Below are positions 26,580-39,858 of a stretch of DNA of 64,000 nucleotides, piece by piece. This DNA comes from Octopus vulgaris (lineage: Eukaryota): assembly GCA_951406725.2 (NCBI GenBank), contig OX597815.1:171492001-171556000 (forward strand), given 5' to 3'. Made by a program: the position numbers and the translations under genes. Positions within the stretch are counted from its first letter, which is position 1. The number at the start of each line of letters is the position of its first letter. The notes under the pieces are model-generated. The model did not search any database, was not told the origin of the DNA, and worked only from the letters and a program-made list of their open reading frames with translations.

Positions 26580-26875
26580 ATGTTTGTTCCTTTTCGAGCC
26601 ATGCCTGGCTCATAAGGGCCGGTTTCCTTGGCGTATAGGTTCCCCACCTGGACGGGAAACCGGTCCGTTGCAGGTGAGCTGCAAGATACAGGAGGAAAGA
26701 GTGAGAGAAAGTTGTGGCGAAAGAGTCAGCAGAAGTTTGCCATTACCTTCTGCCGGAGCCGCGGGGAGCTTAGGTGTTTAGCTCATAAACACACACATCG
26801 CCCGGTCTGAGATTCGAACCCGCGATCCCTCGACCGCGAGTCCGCTGCTCTAACCACTACACCATGTGCCTCCAC
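26580..26875 (-). mobile_element. SINE group C, head H2 plus tail T2
   Basis: 10-bp TSD tcatgataca. Confidence 0.9.
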
Positions 26876-27204
26876 TCATGATACAGTAACTTGGAAAAAA
26901 AGTGGTTGAAATTTGAACCCAAATGCAGGACAAGACTAACTATATTTCTCAGGTTCTTTCCTCCAACATGTCTCCGTTTCCACAATCATGTCACCCTTTA
27001 CTGTTTCTTAACAAATTTAAAAGGAGAAATTTTATGCTGTTTTCAAATGCATTATTATTCTCTAGGGCAGAGGCCACCATCCTTTTCTGCACCACGGACG
27101 GTTTTCATACAAGACAATCTTTTTCCAAGGACCAGGGCATCACACACATGACAAAACAAAATAAAGTGTGTAATATCTAATTATTACATATATAATACAT
27201 ATAC

Positions 27205-28060
27205 GTAGAGGCCAGTGGCTTAGTGGTTATGAGTATTCGTCTCATGATCGTAAGGTTGTGAGTTCGTTTACCGGCGGTGCATTGTGTTCTTGAGCAAGAC
27301 GCTTTATTTCCCATTGCTCTAGTCCACTCAGCTGGCAAAAATAAGTAGTACCTGTATTTCAAAGGGCCAGCCTTGTCACATTCTGAGTCATGCCGAAATC
27401 TCCCAGAGAACTACCGTAAATTCTCGCGTATAGTCCACTCTTCAGTATAATACGCAGGGGATTTTTAGGGGGCTGTACCTCTGAAAAGCCTAAACCTTGT
27501 GTATAATACGCACCCCTTCTCTAACTTGAGTCAAGGAGGTCTATGTAACGCCTTTGGTTTGTAAAAATGTATACGGTAACGTCCTTTATTATTATTATTG
27601 TATATATATAACATAATGCAAACGTGTAGCTTTTTGGTGCATTTTGCTTGCAGAAAATAAAGAAATAACAGTAATAACGTTCAATAAATGCAGCTTACTG
27701 CAAGTTATGGATGATTCTTTTATGACTTCATTGCTTTCAAGCTTACCTTAAAGTATTTTCGCGCCCGACATCACAAAATGCGTCTGAATAAACATTGCCG
27801 GACAGCAAATAGAGACTCGGACATTGCTTAGAAAATAATTTTCATTTTTAACCTCGTATATAGTACGCACTAGGGATTTTGGCCTTTAAATTTTTTTTTT
27901 GGGGGGGGGGGAATGCAGATTATACTCGAGGATTTACGGTACATTAAGAGTACGCATGTCTTTGGGGTGCTCAGCTACTTGCCCATTAATTTCAAGAGCA
28001 AGCAGTTCCGCTGGTCGGGTTAAATGGAAACCTCGTCGTCGAAACCGACGAAGTGCCAAT
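27205..28060 (+). mobile_element. SINE group C (H3 plus T3), split by a DNA transposon
   Basis: gagaacta|...|cattaagagtac rejoins into the tail sequence gagaactacgttaagggtac seen at 8015. Confidence 0.85.
27414..27939. mobile_element. Tc1/mariner/pogo-superfamily non-autonomous element
   Basis: TIRs ccgtaaattctcgcgtata / tatactcgaggatttacgg; TA TSD; internal gtataatacgcac repeats. Confidence 0.85.
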
Positions 28061-28893
28061 ACATATATAATACATATGTAATGCAAAAAACCTTTGTAGA
28101 CTGCGATATTAACTAAAAAAAATTAAGTTATGTCTTCTTTCTGCGTGGGCCGGTACCAAATGATCGACGACTAGGTGGTCGGGCACTCTTGCTCTAAGAT
28201 ATATTAAAGACTTAATATTTTATTTTTAAAAAGAGAGGGACTTGTTTTGGTGTTCGTGCCAGTTCCAAAAATTATCATTGTAAATTTAGAAATTCCAAAG
28301 TTTCCAGCTTTGTATTGTTAACGTGTAGAGTTAAGAACCACTCCTATGCTGAAAAGGTTGGGCAGAATTACCTCCCTTGCTTCACAAATGTCAACATAGA
28401 TTAAATTACACTTGCCAGTGTCGTGCACAATATTGTGTTGACGAAAACAATAGTAAGCCAGGAGATGATTAGTTTGAAAACATAGGAGTTTTTTTCGTTC
28501 CTCTCGTTTTTTTTTTTTTCAAAAAAGGGTGCTAATACTGTGTAAAGCATCATCGAATCAGTTGTTCACCTGCTTTGAAGCCACACGAAATCATAGTAGC
28601 TTAACTGAGTCTACTTAAACTCTTTGGTTTCTAATATTTGATTTGCGAGGACAAACATAGTTACATATATATATATATGCACGTGCAAACAGGCACGCAT
28701 ACATGCACATAGGCAAAAACATATATGTGCGCATGTGAGCGTGTGTATATGTGTATGTATACATATATATATTCATGTATATATATAAATATATATGTAT
28801 ATATATATTCTTGTATATATATAAATATATATGTATATATATATTCTTGTATATATATATACATTTATATACATATATATATTATTGTATATG

Positions 28894-28952
<59 letters not shown>

Positions 28953-29020
28953 TATATATATATATATATATATTACATATATAATAAATATATATATATA
29001 TATATATTACATATACAATA

Positions 29021-29089
<69 letters not shown>

Positions 29090-29138
29090 TACATATACAA
29101 TAAGATATATATATATATATATATATACATATACAATA

Positions 29139-29172
<34 letters not shown>

Positions 29173-29174
29173 AG

Positions 29175-29205
<31 letters not shown>

Positions 29206-29213
29206 CATATACA

Positions 29214-29420
<207 letters not shown>

Positions 29421-29525
29421 GACCCTCCATCCAATGAAAGGATGGAAAGCGGACGTTAAACAATGATGATGATGATGTATATAATACATATATACATGCA
29501 TATATACATTTATACTCATATATAT

Positions 29526-29570
<45 letters not shown>

Positions 29571-29913
29571 TCATATATATACATATATATATATACATAC
29601 ATTTTTATACAACATATATATATATATATATGTACATACATTTTCATACAATATATATATACATACATTTTTATACAATATATATATATATATACATACA
29701 TTTTTATACAACATATATATATATATATATATACATACATTTTTATACAACATATATATATATATATGTATATACATTTTCATACAATATATATATACAT
29801 ACATTTTTATACAATATATATATAATATATATTTATATATATATATATATATATATATACATACATTTTTATACAACATATATATATATATATATATATA
29901 CATACATTTTTAT

Positions 29914-29950
<37 letters not shown>

Positions 29951-30106
29951 TTTTATACAACATATATATATATATATATATATATACATACATTTATACA
30001 ACATATATATATATATATATATATATACATACATTTTATACACATATATATATATACACACATATACATATATACTACTAACACATATATATATGATAAT
30101 CTTTTT

Positions 30107-30188
30107 CTTTTAGAAAAAAATTTCATCAAAAGTGGCAGCATATCAAAATACCTTTAAAGGTTAAAATTATAAACAAGGGCTTCTTTTG

Positions 30189-30228
<40 letters not shown>

Positions 30229-30247
30229 ATGATGATGATGATGATGA

Positions 30248-30296
<49 letters not shown>

Positions 30297-30380
30297 CAAA
30301 AGAAGCCCTTGTTTATAATTTTAACCTTTAAAAGTATTTTGATATGCTGCCACTTTTGATGAAATGTTTTTCTAAAAAAG
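30107..30380. repeat. Inverted repeat (arms about 83 bp) enclosing (TA)n(GAT)n(TA)n
   Basis: 30107-30189 is the reverse complement of 30296-30380. Confidence 0.92.
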
Positions 30381-30476
30381 ATTTCATCCTATATTAGTAG
30401 TATGTATATGTATATATATATATATATATATATTTCGGAATGGTCATATTGCCAGTTTAGCCAATAAATATTTAAA

Positions 30477-30518
<42 letters not shown>

Positions 30519-30678
30519 ATTTATATATATGCATATATATATATATAAACATTTATATATATATATACATCTATATATATATACATCTATATATATATAC
30601 ATCTACATATATATACATATATATATATACATCTACATATATATACATCTACATATATATACATCTACATATATATAA

Positions 30679-30733
<55 letters not shown>

Positions 30734-32274
30734 ACATTTATATATATATATTTCTACATTTATATAAATGTATAATATATATATATATATCTATATATAT
30801 TTTGTTATATTATTATAAGGTTGTAAATAAAACCTGAAAATGAGACAAAGTTGGAATTTCTTTGAGTAATATATTTTTCTATACACAATCATACACACCC
30901 ATGTGTGTGTATATATATACATATACATATACATTTATATCTATATATATATATATATTGGTAGCTACCATTTCCTTGACTAAGGAGTGTCTAAAGTAGA
31001 CACTCCTTAGTTGAGTGTTTATATCCCCAAATATTAGACTATTTTATGTAGTTAATACACAGCAATCAATCACTTAAGCTAATAAAATATTATTCACAGG
31101 TTTGTCACACATCACTGCTTCACAATTCATCGCAGTAAACACACACACACGCACATACAAGCATTATTCTACAATCGTCATAGTCTTATATTTTATCCAT
31201 AGCTATTATCATTAATTCTACAACACCCCAATTTGTTAAGGGCCACTGTTATATTCTCTAAATAGTGACTGATACATTTTAGGAAATCACTCGCCACAAA
31301 TGTCTTCCATTTATGTCTAATATTCATAACTTGCCTCTCCCTTCAATGAATGAGTTTGTATCCCAAAACCTTGACTCCCAATGTTATATGAAATCATTGA
31401 TTTCGAAATACTACTTCCCAGTTAAGTTTCTTTTGCACCAAGAAACAGCCAATACTAGCTGTTCAAATTGCATAGTAAATATTAACTGTCCAAATTGCAC
31501 AGTAAACATTCTTACCTAACCTACATTTCGTCTTCTAAAACGTTGCAGAGATAACAGTAATTTTAAAAAGTTTAAATCTCTCAACATAGTATCTCATAGA
31601 ACCCATCTTGAGTCTTCTTAATTAATGATTATATATAACCTATGGCTTATCTCCTTCATCAGACACAAAATTTAAATGAAAATGTAGCACCTAGACTTAA
31701 TGCCTTATCCGTATGTTATCTTAAATTTAAACCAGAAATTAAATTAAAATTAACAAAACTGCCGATTGTTAGCCTTAGTTTAAATCGGGAAACAGTGGCG
31801 AAAATATGCCGATTCTTTCTGAGTTGCACAGACAATACGGCAGATACATTGTTGTGCAGTTAATAGAATTTATTTAGTAAATGTGACAAGGTGTTATGAT
31901 AGCACAAAATAACAGCAGGAGAGACATAATGCAATAAAATGTACCACAAATGTTAGTTGTAAAACCGATCTTTCCAAAGCATAAGCATCACCACTTTTTT
32001 CTTTATTAAACTTTTGTTTTCTTCTTAAAATTTAATTTACGTCTAATTTTTACAAAGTGCAATTTTCCTTTCAGTTATTTTATTAAATTTTATTTTTTAC
32101 TGCTGTGTTAGTGGGTAGTGTGTATCTATGACTGTAAATGTGTCACCAGTTCTTAAAATATGTCTGTGTGTCTACTTTCATTTACATCACTCTGTAAAAA
32201 TAGTCCTATTTATTATTTAGACACAGCTGTTCCCATATGTTATATAGATTAACAATATCTTTCTTTCTCGCATA

Positions 32275-32302
32275 CGTATGTATGTATGTATGTATGTATG
32301 TA

Positions 32303-32337
<35 letters not shown>

Positions 32338-32474
32338 ATAGGTGTGTGTGTGTGTATGTATGTATGTATGTATGCATGTATGTATGTGTGTATGTATGTA
32401 TGTGTGTGTGTATGTATGCATGCATGCATGTATGTATGTGTGTATGTGTGCGTGTGTGTGTATGTATGTATGTA

Positions 32475-32505
<31 letters not shown>

Positions 32506-32530
32506 ATGTATGTATGTATGCATGTATGTA
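32275..32530. repeat. (TATG)n/(TG)n microsatellite
   Basis: Direct reading. Confidence 0.95.
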
Positions 32531-35284
32531 ATTAAAACTATCTGTGATTTGTGGCCTTCTTTTCCTTTTTTTATAAGTCAAAGAGAATAATTAGATATGT
32601 TATTGACTAAAGAGAAAAAATTATTTATTAAATTTGTATATCCTCTAATATATACACCTGAATGCGCATATAAGTGTATATTACATTTACAGATGGATAA
32701 GATTCAAGTTATAGACGTTAATCTCCCACCAATAGCAATATTTCGTGCAGAAAATATTTGCCGCACAGAATTGATAAATTTGCAATGATGCTACAAATAA
32801 TTGTTACCATCAAAGTAATAGCAGATTACTATGATTCACATAGAAAAGAATTTTTAACAAATTACACATGTCTGAAATGCAATGTGAATTTGAGATGGAT
32901 AAGAATTTGATTTTTTTTTTAATCGCGATGGAATTTGATATCGTATGAGATAAAAGTATTCTTTCTGATGAAAAATGGAAGCTTAATTTAAGCGCCATGT
33001 AGAGTTGAAAGAAATGGCATGATTAGAAATTATGAAATTTTTGTCAATATAAAAAAACTAATGGCAGTGACAAAAATTTTGGCTTTGAAATGTTTGTTAA
33101 TGGTTAATGACTCAATGTTTGATCTCGATGTAGAATGTAGATTATAAACTATCTGGTGGTAATGAAAATTTCCATTGTTAAATTTCAAGTGTTGATGTGA
33201 AGTTATATTTTGTATCTCATTAAAGAGATCTATAAACCAAAGGCAATTTCGGTCATGGTTATCCAAGTTTTCATTTTCCTTTTGTTTTTTTCAAAGCAAC
33301 GAACTGCATTATTCAATGTTATTTTAAAATACGATTTGAAGTAAGTTAAGAACTATTTGGCTGTTCTTCCTAACAGGCCAAGCAATCTTGTGCAGTAACT
33401 TTTAATCTTAAGAGTAGCGAAAGCTGATATCTCGAACTCTTTCATTCAACTTCACGTTAATTTACAAAATTCGGAGTTATCTCCCTTCTCGCTCGTTTAA
33501 AGAAAAAAAGTATTTTTTGGCTTTAATTAACCTTATAAATTTCTCATTTTACATCATTTAATCCGTGCGATAATTTTTGCAGTTAAAATATTAAGGTCCA
33601 ATGTTTTACTACTCAAGTATATGGTCAGCAGCCCTTTATAATTAAACTATTTATTAACCGCATTTCCTGGTGCTCCTCAATAGTATTTTACTAACATTTT
33701 CTATATAGTCAAACAATTACTACAATCCTAGCCACAAATATCGATGACTCTGTATCAGCTGATGATGACTATGTATCAGCTGATGACGACTACTTATTCA
33801 GAAACGTCAGAATCGTTCCCCTTGTTTGTGTGGTTAAAGAATAATGTAACCTAATTCTTAATAGTTTCTCACCTAATTATTGTATTATTACTGCGATTAA
33901 TTTCAGATGTTGAAAACACGGAAAATAATACATCTATCGTTTTTATATATTTTAGCATTAACAAGAAATTGGCTTTCAAGTAGATCGATATAGATCTACA
34001 AAATACTTTAAGTGCACTTCCTCAGAGATAAGAGGTTAAATCATAAAAGCCCTTTACCCTTAGATTATATATGTACCACTTAGTTTAGTATTATGCAGTT
34101 TGCTTGGCAAACATTTGTTTTTTTACTGTTCCTATAATCATGACCTGTAATCATACTTTACTTCTGTTATGAACTCTCCGTGTGGAGGGGTTGTATTTTA
34201 TAGGTATGTATGTATTTATGTATGAGCCCATATAGGCGAGACTAAGAACGTAAGTGAAGCAAGTTTTACACTGTGAAGAAATTATCGCAGGGACAACAAT
34301 TCGACTACCTCCATTATCGATCACAGGAAATGTAATTTAAATAAAATAAATATTAATCACATGAAAAGTGAATTTTGACAAAAAATAAATTCAATATGAT
34401 ATCACAGTTAATGTATAATTTGTCTATATCTCTGATGGCGTGAAAATGTTTCAGGATGAAGAATTATAAATGTTAGATGGGATTTCACAACATGAAAAGC
34501 TGACCAAACTCGTGCAACATATATAAAACACAATACACACAAGTACAGAAATAGCTTTATTTCAGCTTATATAGAGTGACACTAAATCCATGCTGTTCTC
34601 ACAAATACACAGACACCAAACGAATGGTAAATATACTATACCAGTTTTGCAAGAAACTGTATCTGTTTTCCACAAATGTATCTTAGTGTAATCTAAGTGT
34701 GCAGCTGAAAAAAGCCAAATGATGAGATATGATACGAATAAATAAAAGAATGAATGTACTGAGACAGGCTAATGAACTAAAGAAATGCATGAATATACAG
34801 ACACTTTTTGTAGATTAAAAATTGTATGAGCAACTGCTAATGAATATTATACAATAATTTAACGATGTAATTGAAAACAATAATTAAATGATTAATGGAA
34901 TGAAAAACCAAAGTATATTTAGAATATATGAATATAAAAATGTGAGTATGTGATGAATATTTTCTTCATACGTGAACACGGGAGACAACCTTGAACGCGT
35001 GTCGCTTTGTTGAAAATTTTCAGCACAGAACACAGCCTCATCGTAATTTGCGACACGAGTAATCAAATACACATACTAAAATGTACATTTTGAAAGTAAA
35101 AATTATATATATAAAAGAACTGACTGCCTATACAGGCAAGACAGAATATACAAATAGACAGCAGTTAATAAATGTTAATAAATGAAACACTAAATACAAC
35201 AATATACCATAACAATGATATAGAAAAACAGCGATATGATCGCATTAAGTTGATTAAAATAAAAGTGTATATATATATATTTTT

Positions 35285-35705
<421 letters not shown>

Positions 35706-35777
35706 GGTCCCGGGTTGATTCGGGGTTAACCACAGTAAATAAGGTACTCAATACATAGCAGAGTAAAATTAATTTAT

Positions 35778-35841
35778 TATATAGAAGGAGCTTCCTGAAG
35801 ATTTCTCTTGAATGAAACAGTTCTAGTCCTGTAGAATTTCC

Positions 35842-35850
<9 letters not shown>
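35778..35850 (+). ncRNA. Hammerhead ribozyme motif with a full stem III
   Basis: CUGAAGA at 35795-35801, stem II uuc/gaa, GAAA at 35814-35817, stem III ACAG/CUGU, GUA^ after 35833, stem I 16 of 17 pairs. Confidence 0.65.
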
Positions 35851-35907
<57 letters not shown>

Positions 35908-36132
35908 GGGCACAGACAGACAGGTAGGTAGATAGATAGATAGATTTTTGTACACTGGAGGTGAGTAAATTTTAGCTCATACGTACTAGTTGCATTTCAC
36001 TTCCCTTACTCAGCGGTCAAACTAACATATTAATTAACTAATCCGTTATTTGATCAATCGTAACAATTCATTAGTTATATAAACATTTATATGTGTATGT
36101 GTGTGTGTGTGTATATATATATATAACGATAA

Positions 36133-36434
36133 ACGTCGCCCTTTTTCAAGCCTAGCCAGGCTCATGGGCCCGGTTTCCCAGTTTCTATGGCGTATGTGTT
36201 TCTCCCAGATGGACGGGACGCCAGTCCATCGAAGTGTTACTCAAGAAACAGGAGGATTGAGTGACAGAAAGTTGTGGCGAAAGAGTACAACAGGGGTCAC
36301 CACCACCCCTGCCGGAGCCTCGTGGAGCTTTTTAGGTAATTTCGTTAAATAAACACACACAGCGCCCGGTCTGGGAATCGAAACCGCGAGTCCGCTGCCC
36401 TAACCAATGGGCCATTGCAACACCACACACACAC

Positions 36435-36490
<56 letters not shown>

Positions 36491-36550
36491 GCCATGGAAA
36501 CCGGGAAACCGGGCCCATGAACCTGACTAGACTTTAAAAGGGCGCATTTA
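36133..36550 (-). mobile_element. SINE group C (H1 plus T2) at 36133-36424, with an inverted T2 tail fragment at 36489-36550
   Basis: gggcccggtttcccagtttctatggcgta vs tacgccatggaaaccgggaaaccgggccc. Confidence 0.85.
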
Positions 36551-36572
36551 TTTTTATTATATATATATAATA

Positions 36573-37218
36573 TTGGTCGGCCCGAGGCTGTAATAGTAGG
36601 CACTTGCCCAAGGTGCCACGCAGTGGGACTGAACCCGGAACCATGTGGTTGGAAAGCATGCTACTTACCACACAGCCACTCCTGCACCTATATATGATAG
36701 ATCGCTAGCCACAAAACCTTTTTTTTTTTTTTTTCTCTCCCTGTTTATTTTAGTATTCCTTTCTGTCGAAGAGCGTAGGCTCGAAACGTAAAAGACTTTC
36801 TCACTTCCCGAGCGTTAAACTAATACATCTGTTTGTTGTTTACACTCCCGTTTTCGTCTTTTGTTTTTCTGTAAATTCTCACTATATATATATATATATA
36901 GGCGCAGGAGTGGCTGTGTGGTAAGTAGCATGGTTCCGGGTTCAGTCCCACTGCGTGGAACCTTAGGCAAGTGTCTTCTACTATAGCCTCGGGTCAACCA
37001 AAGCCTTGTGAGTGGATTTGGTAGACGGAAACTGAAAGAAGCCAGTTGTGTATGTATATATATATATATATATAAGTGGCGTAACTTAGCGCTTCGGCAA
37101 AGAGACCGATAGAATAAGTACTAGGCTTACAAAGACTAAGTCCTGGGGTAGATTTGCACGACTAAAAGGCGGTGCCCCAGCATGGCCGCTGTCAATTGAC
37201 TGAAAGAAGTAAAAGAAA

Positions 37219-37220
<2 letters not shown>
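36573..37220. mobile_element. Two SINE B copies head-to-head (36573-36688 minus; 36901-37220 plus) flanking an HHR-bearing repeat
   Basis: Head ggcgcaggagtggctgtgtggtaag present in both orientations. Confidence 0.85.
36759..36794 (+). ncRNA. Minimal hammerhead motif (core variant CUGUCGA) in a short repeat at about 36700-36885
   Basis: CUUU-CUGUCGA-a-GAGC-guag-GCUC-GAAAC-GUA^AAAG. Confidence 0.6.
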
Positions 37221-37279
<59 letters not shown>

Positions 37280-37559
37280 TCAGTGAAAACGAGGTAATGT
37301 AATAAAATTCAAACGGGATCACTATGTTAAATATGGCAGCAGTATTCCAGCATTTAGACGTAATGAATAAAACAAATTAAAGATCAAAGTCTAATACAAG
37401 GAAAGAAGGGAAGTAACTCACTAAACTATTTGATTGAAATCAATAAAGTGAGAACGAGACAAAGTATTTGTCAAAACTGACTAAAGTGGCTAATTTGACT
37501 AAAACCACAAAAGTTCCTAAAAAGTGGAACTACAGTAAGCCTGTAGTCAAACGAGTGGG

Positions 37560-37968
37560 GGAATCTTTTTGGTTTGACCGTCAGTTGTTTAAAATAATTT
37601 CCACGTAACTAAACACTTTTAAACTTCGTATACTGGTAGAATGTGTTTACAAAACATCTTTTTCTCTTGGCTTTATTGAGAAAATTCTATAGTTTGTACG
37701 ATATTTGGGGTTTTTTTCTTCAATTTCTTCAATTTCAACCAATCAGTGACGTCTATTGAGGTGAAAACATTCTGTGCCATATGAATATGTCCCTCGTTTA
37801 AGAAACAGATTGGGTTAATTTACATTTCTAAAGAAAAAAGATACCCTTCCCACCACCCCTAACCCTAAAACAGATTGAAATGCAATAGATCGATACTAGG
37901 GTCATAATTATGGGTGACAATTTCATATGACACCGCTAGAAAAAACTGCCGGTCAAACCGAAAGATCC
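37560..37968. mobile_element. Non-autonomous DNA transposon with GG termini and 8-9 bp TSD (Merlin-like, tentative)
   Basis: TIRs ggaatctttttggtttgaccgtcagtt / aactgccggtcaaaccgaaagatcc; flanks acgagtggg / acgagggga; internal cctaaccctaa. Confidence 0.75.
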
Positions 37969-38149
37969 ACGAGGGGAACAAATAAAAGATCGATGTTTAT
38001 AAAATCTTAAATCGTTAGAATATTATTATAAATAGGGAAATTATTGAAAGGGTCTCCAAAATGTTTATATCTAGAAGATAAGTGCAACGCAAGACACTCC
38101 TGTACTTAAACTCACTTATGCAACTTGGAACTAGATAATAAAAAAAACA

Positions 38150-38395
38150 TACATACACACACACACACACTCACACACATGCATACATACATACATACAT
38201 ACATACATACATACATACATACATACATACATACATACATACATACACATTAGAGTAGGCTGGTGGTACGGTTTCGAAGTTTATTTTTCAATCAAGCGGC
38301 ACCTTGCGCAAGTTTCCTATAATATAGCGTGGGGTTTGCTAATTGCTTGTGTATAGAAAGTGGTATACAAACATACAAAAGTAAGTCTCCTTTTC

Positions 38396-38432
<37 letters not shown>

Positions 38433-38469
38433 GTATGTATGTATGTATGTATGTATGTATGTATGTGTG

Positions 38470-38503
<34 letters not shown>

Positions 38504-38835
38504 TGTATGTACATACATACAAACATACATGCATGCATACATCCATCCATACCTACATATACATACATACATACACACACCTGATGATCGCAGTGGCATT
38601 AAACTCGAGTCGTGAGACAAGCTCTCAGCTTCAGTTGTATGTATGTATGTATGTATGTATGTATGTATGTATGTATGTATGTTTATTTGTATGTATGTAT
38701 GTATGTATGTTTGTTTGATTTTATGTATGTATGTATGTATGTTTGTATGTATGTTTGTATATATGTATGTTTGTATGTATGTATGTATGTATGTATGTAT
38801 GTATGTATGTATGTATGTATGTATGCATGCATGCA
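38150..38835. repeat. (CATA)n, (TCTG)n and (TATG)n microsatellites
   Basis: Direct reading. Confidence 0.95.
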
Positions 38836-39446
38836 TGGGAGGGTTACGTTTCTGTATATATTTGTGACAGGCTGCTCTTAACACTGCTGCAAACATGTAA
38901 ACAGTACCTGTTACCAACCTGTTACATGTTCGGGGCGATGGTGGCGAAACCAGCACCCCATCAGTCTATCTTTGTGACGGTTGCAGAAACCTAACAACAT
39001 AAAAACAAAACCACAGTGAAACAGACAGATGAACATGGGGAAATAGAACTATACAAGATAGTCAGCAAACGTGCTGTAGGACCACTCTGGAAGCAATATT
39101 CTCCCTAAATATCTCAATCACAGAAGCAGGTGGTTTGATGCGTCACACTGCGATTAATTTTGTTTTTATTTTGTGTATTCCGCTTCGTGTCTGCGATATA
39201 CTTAGGTATGTGAGAGGTATAATTACGCAAAGTTGGGTAAGGAGAAATTCAAACTAAAATATAGATATATATAGAGAGAGAGTGGGGAACTGAGATGGTA
39301 AGACAGATACCCCATCAATTTGTATAGGATTTGCACCTCTATGGATGAGTCCATTTTTGTCTGACATATGGTTATACAGGTCTATATTTAAGAGATGTGG
39401 AATTATGTACATTAGACGGATATTTGTCCTCATTTTGTTTGTTGTT

Positions 39447-39492
39447 AACACAACATTTCGGCTGATATACTCTCCAGCCTTCATCAGGTGTC
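39447..39492 (-). ncRNA. Minimal hammerhead ribozyme
   Basis: GACAC-CUGAUGA-a-GGCUG-gagaguauau-CAGCC-GAAA(U)-GUU^GUGUU. Confidence 0.75.
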
Positions 39493-39533
39493 TTGGGTTC
39501 TCATTCCTAAGGTATTTTTCGATGTTATTATTA

Positions 39534-39567
<34 letters not shown>

Positions 39568-39700
39568 TACTATTATTACTATTGTGACAGGCTGCTCTTA
39601 ATACTACGCCATATGCCAGGGGCATGTGGGTTAGCGGTTAAGAGCGCGGGCTACTAACCCCAAGATTCCGAGTTCGATTTCAAGCAGTGACCTGAATAAG

Positions 39701-39764
<64 letters not shown>

Positions 39765-39812
39765 TCGAAAAACACCTTAGGAATGAGAACCCAGGTTTGA
39801 AATTTCCCCCAA

Positions 39813-39858
39813 GACACCTAATGAAGGCTGAAGGGTATATCAGCCGAAATGTTGTGTT
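39813..39858 (+). ncRNA. Minimal hammerhead ribozyme, core mutated (CUAAUGA)
   Basis: GACAC-CUAAUGA-a-GGCUGA..UCAGCC-GAAA(U)-GUU^GUGUU. Confidence 0.65.

Larger units (their letters stand above)
27068..28191. mobile_element. Old hAT/Charlie-like non-autonomous element hosting nested insertions
   Basis: Ends cagaggccaccatc / ggtggtcgggcactcttg; degenerate 8-bp TSD ctctaggg / ctctaaga (Charlie-type NTCTAGAN target). Confidence 0.55.

Noticed and set aside
29595-30045. CRISPR-like repeat-spacer appearance
   Set aside because: The spacers are only (AT)n, the context is eukaryotic, and there are no cas genes
37857-37868. cctaaccctaa telomere-like repeat
   Set aside because: Only about two units, internal to a TIR element; not an interstitial telomere
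39621-39695. tRNA gene calls for this and other SINE heads
   Set aside because: No intact acceptor stem; they continue into repeat bodies and carry TSDs, so they are tRNA-derived heads
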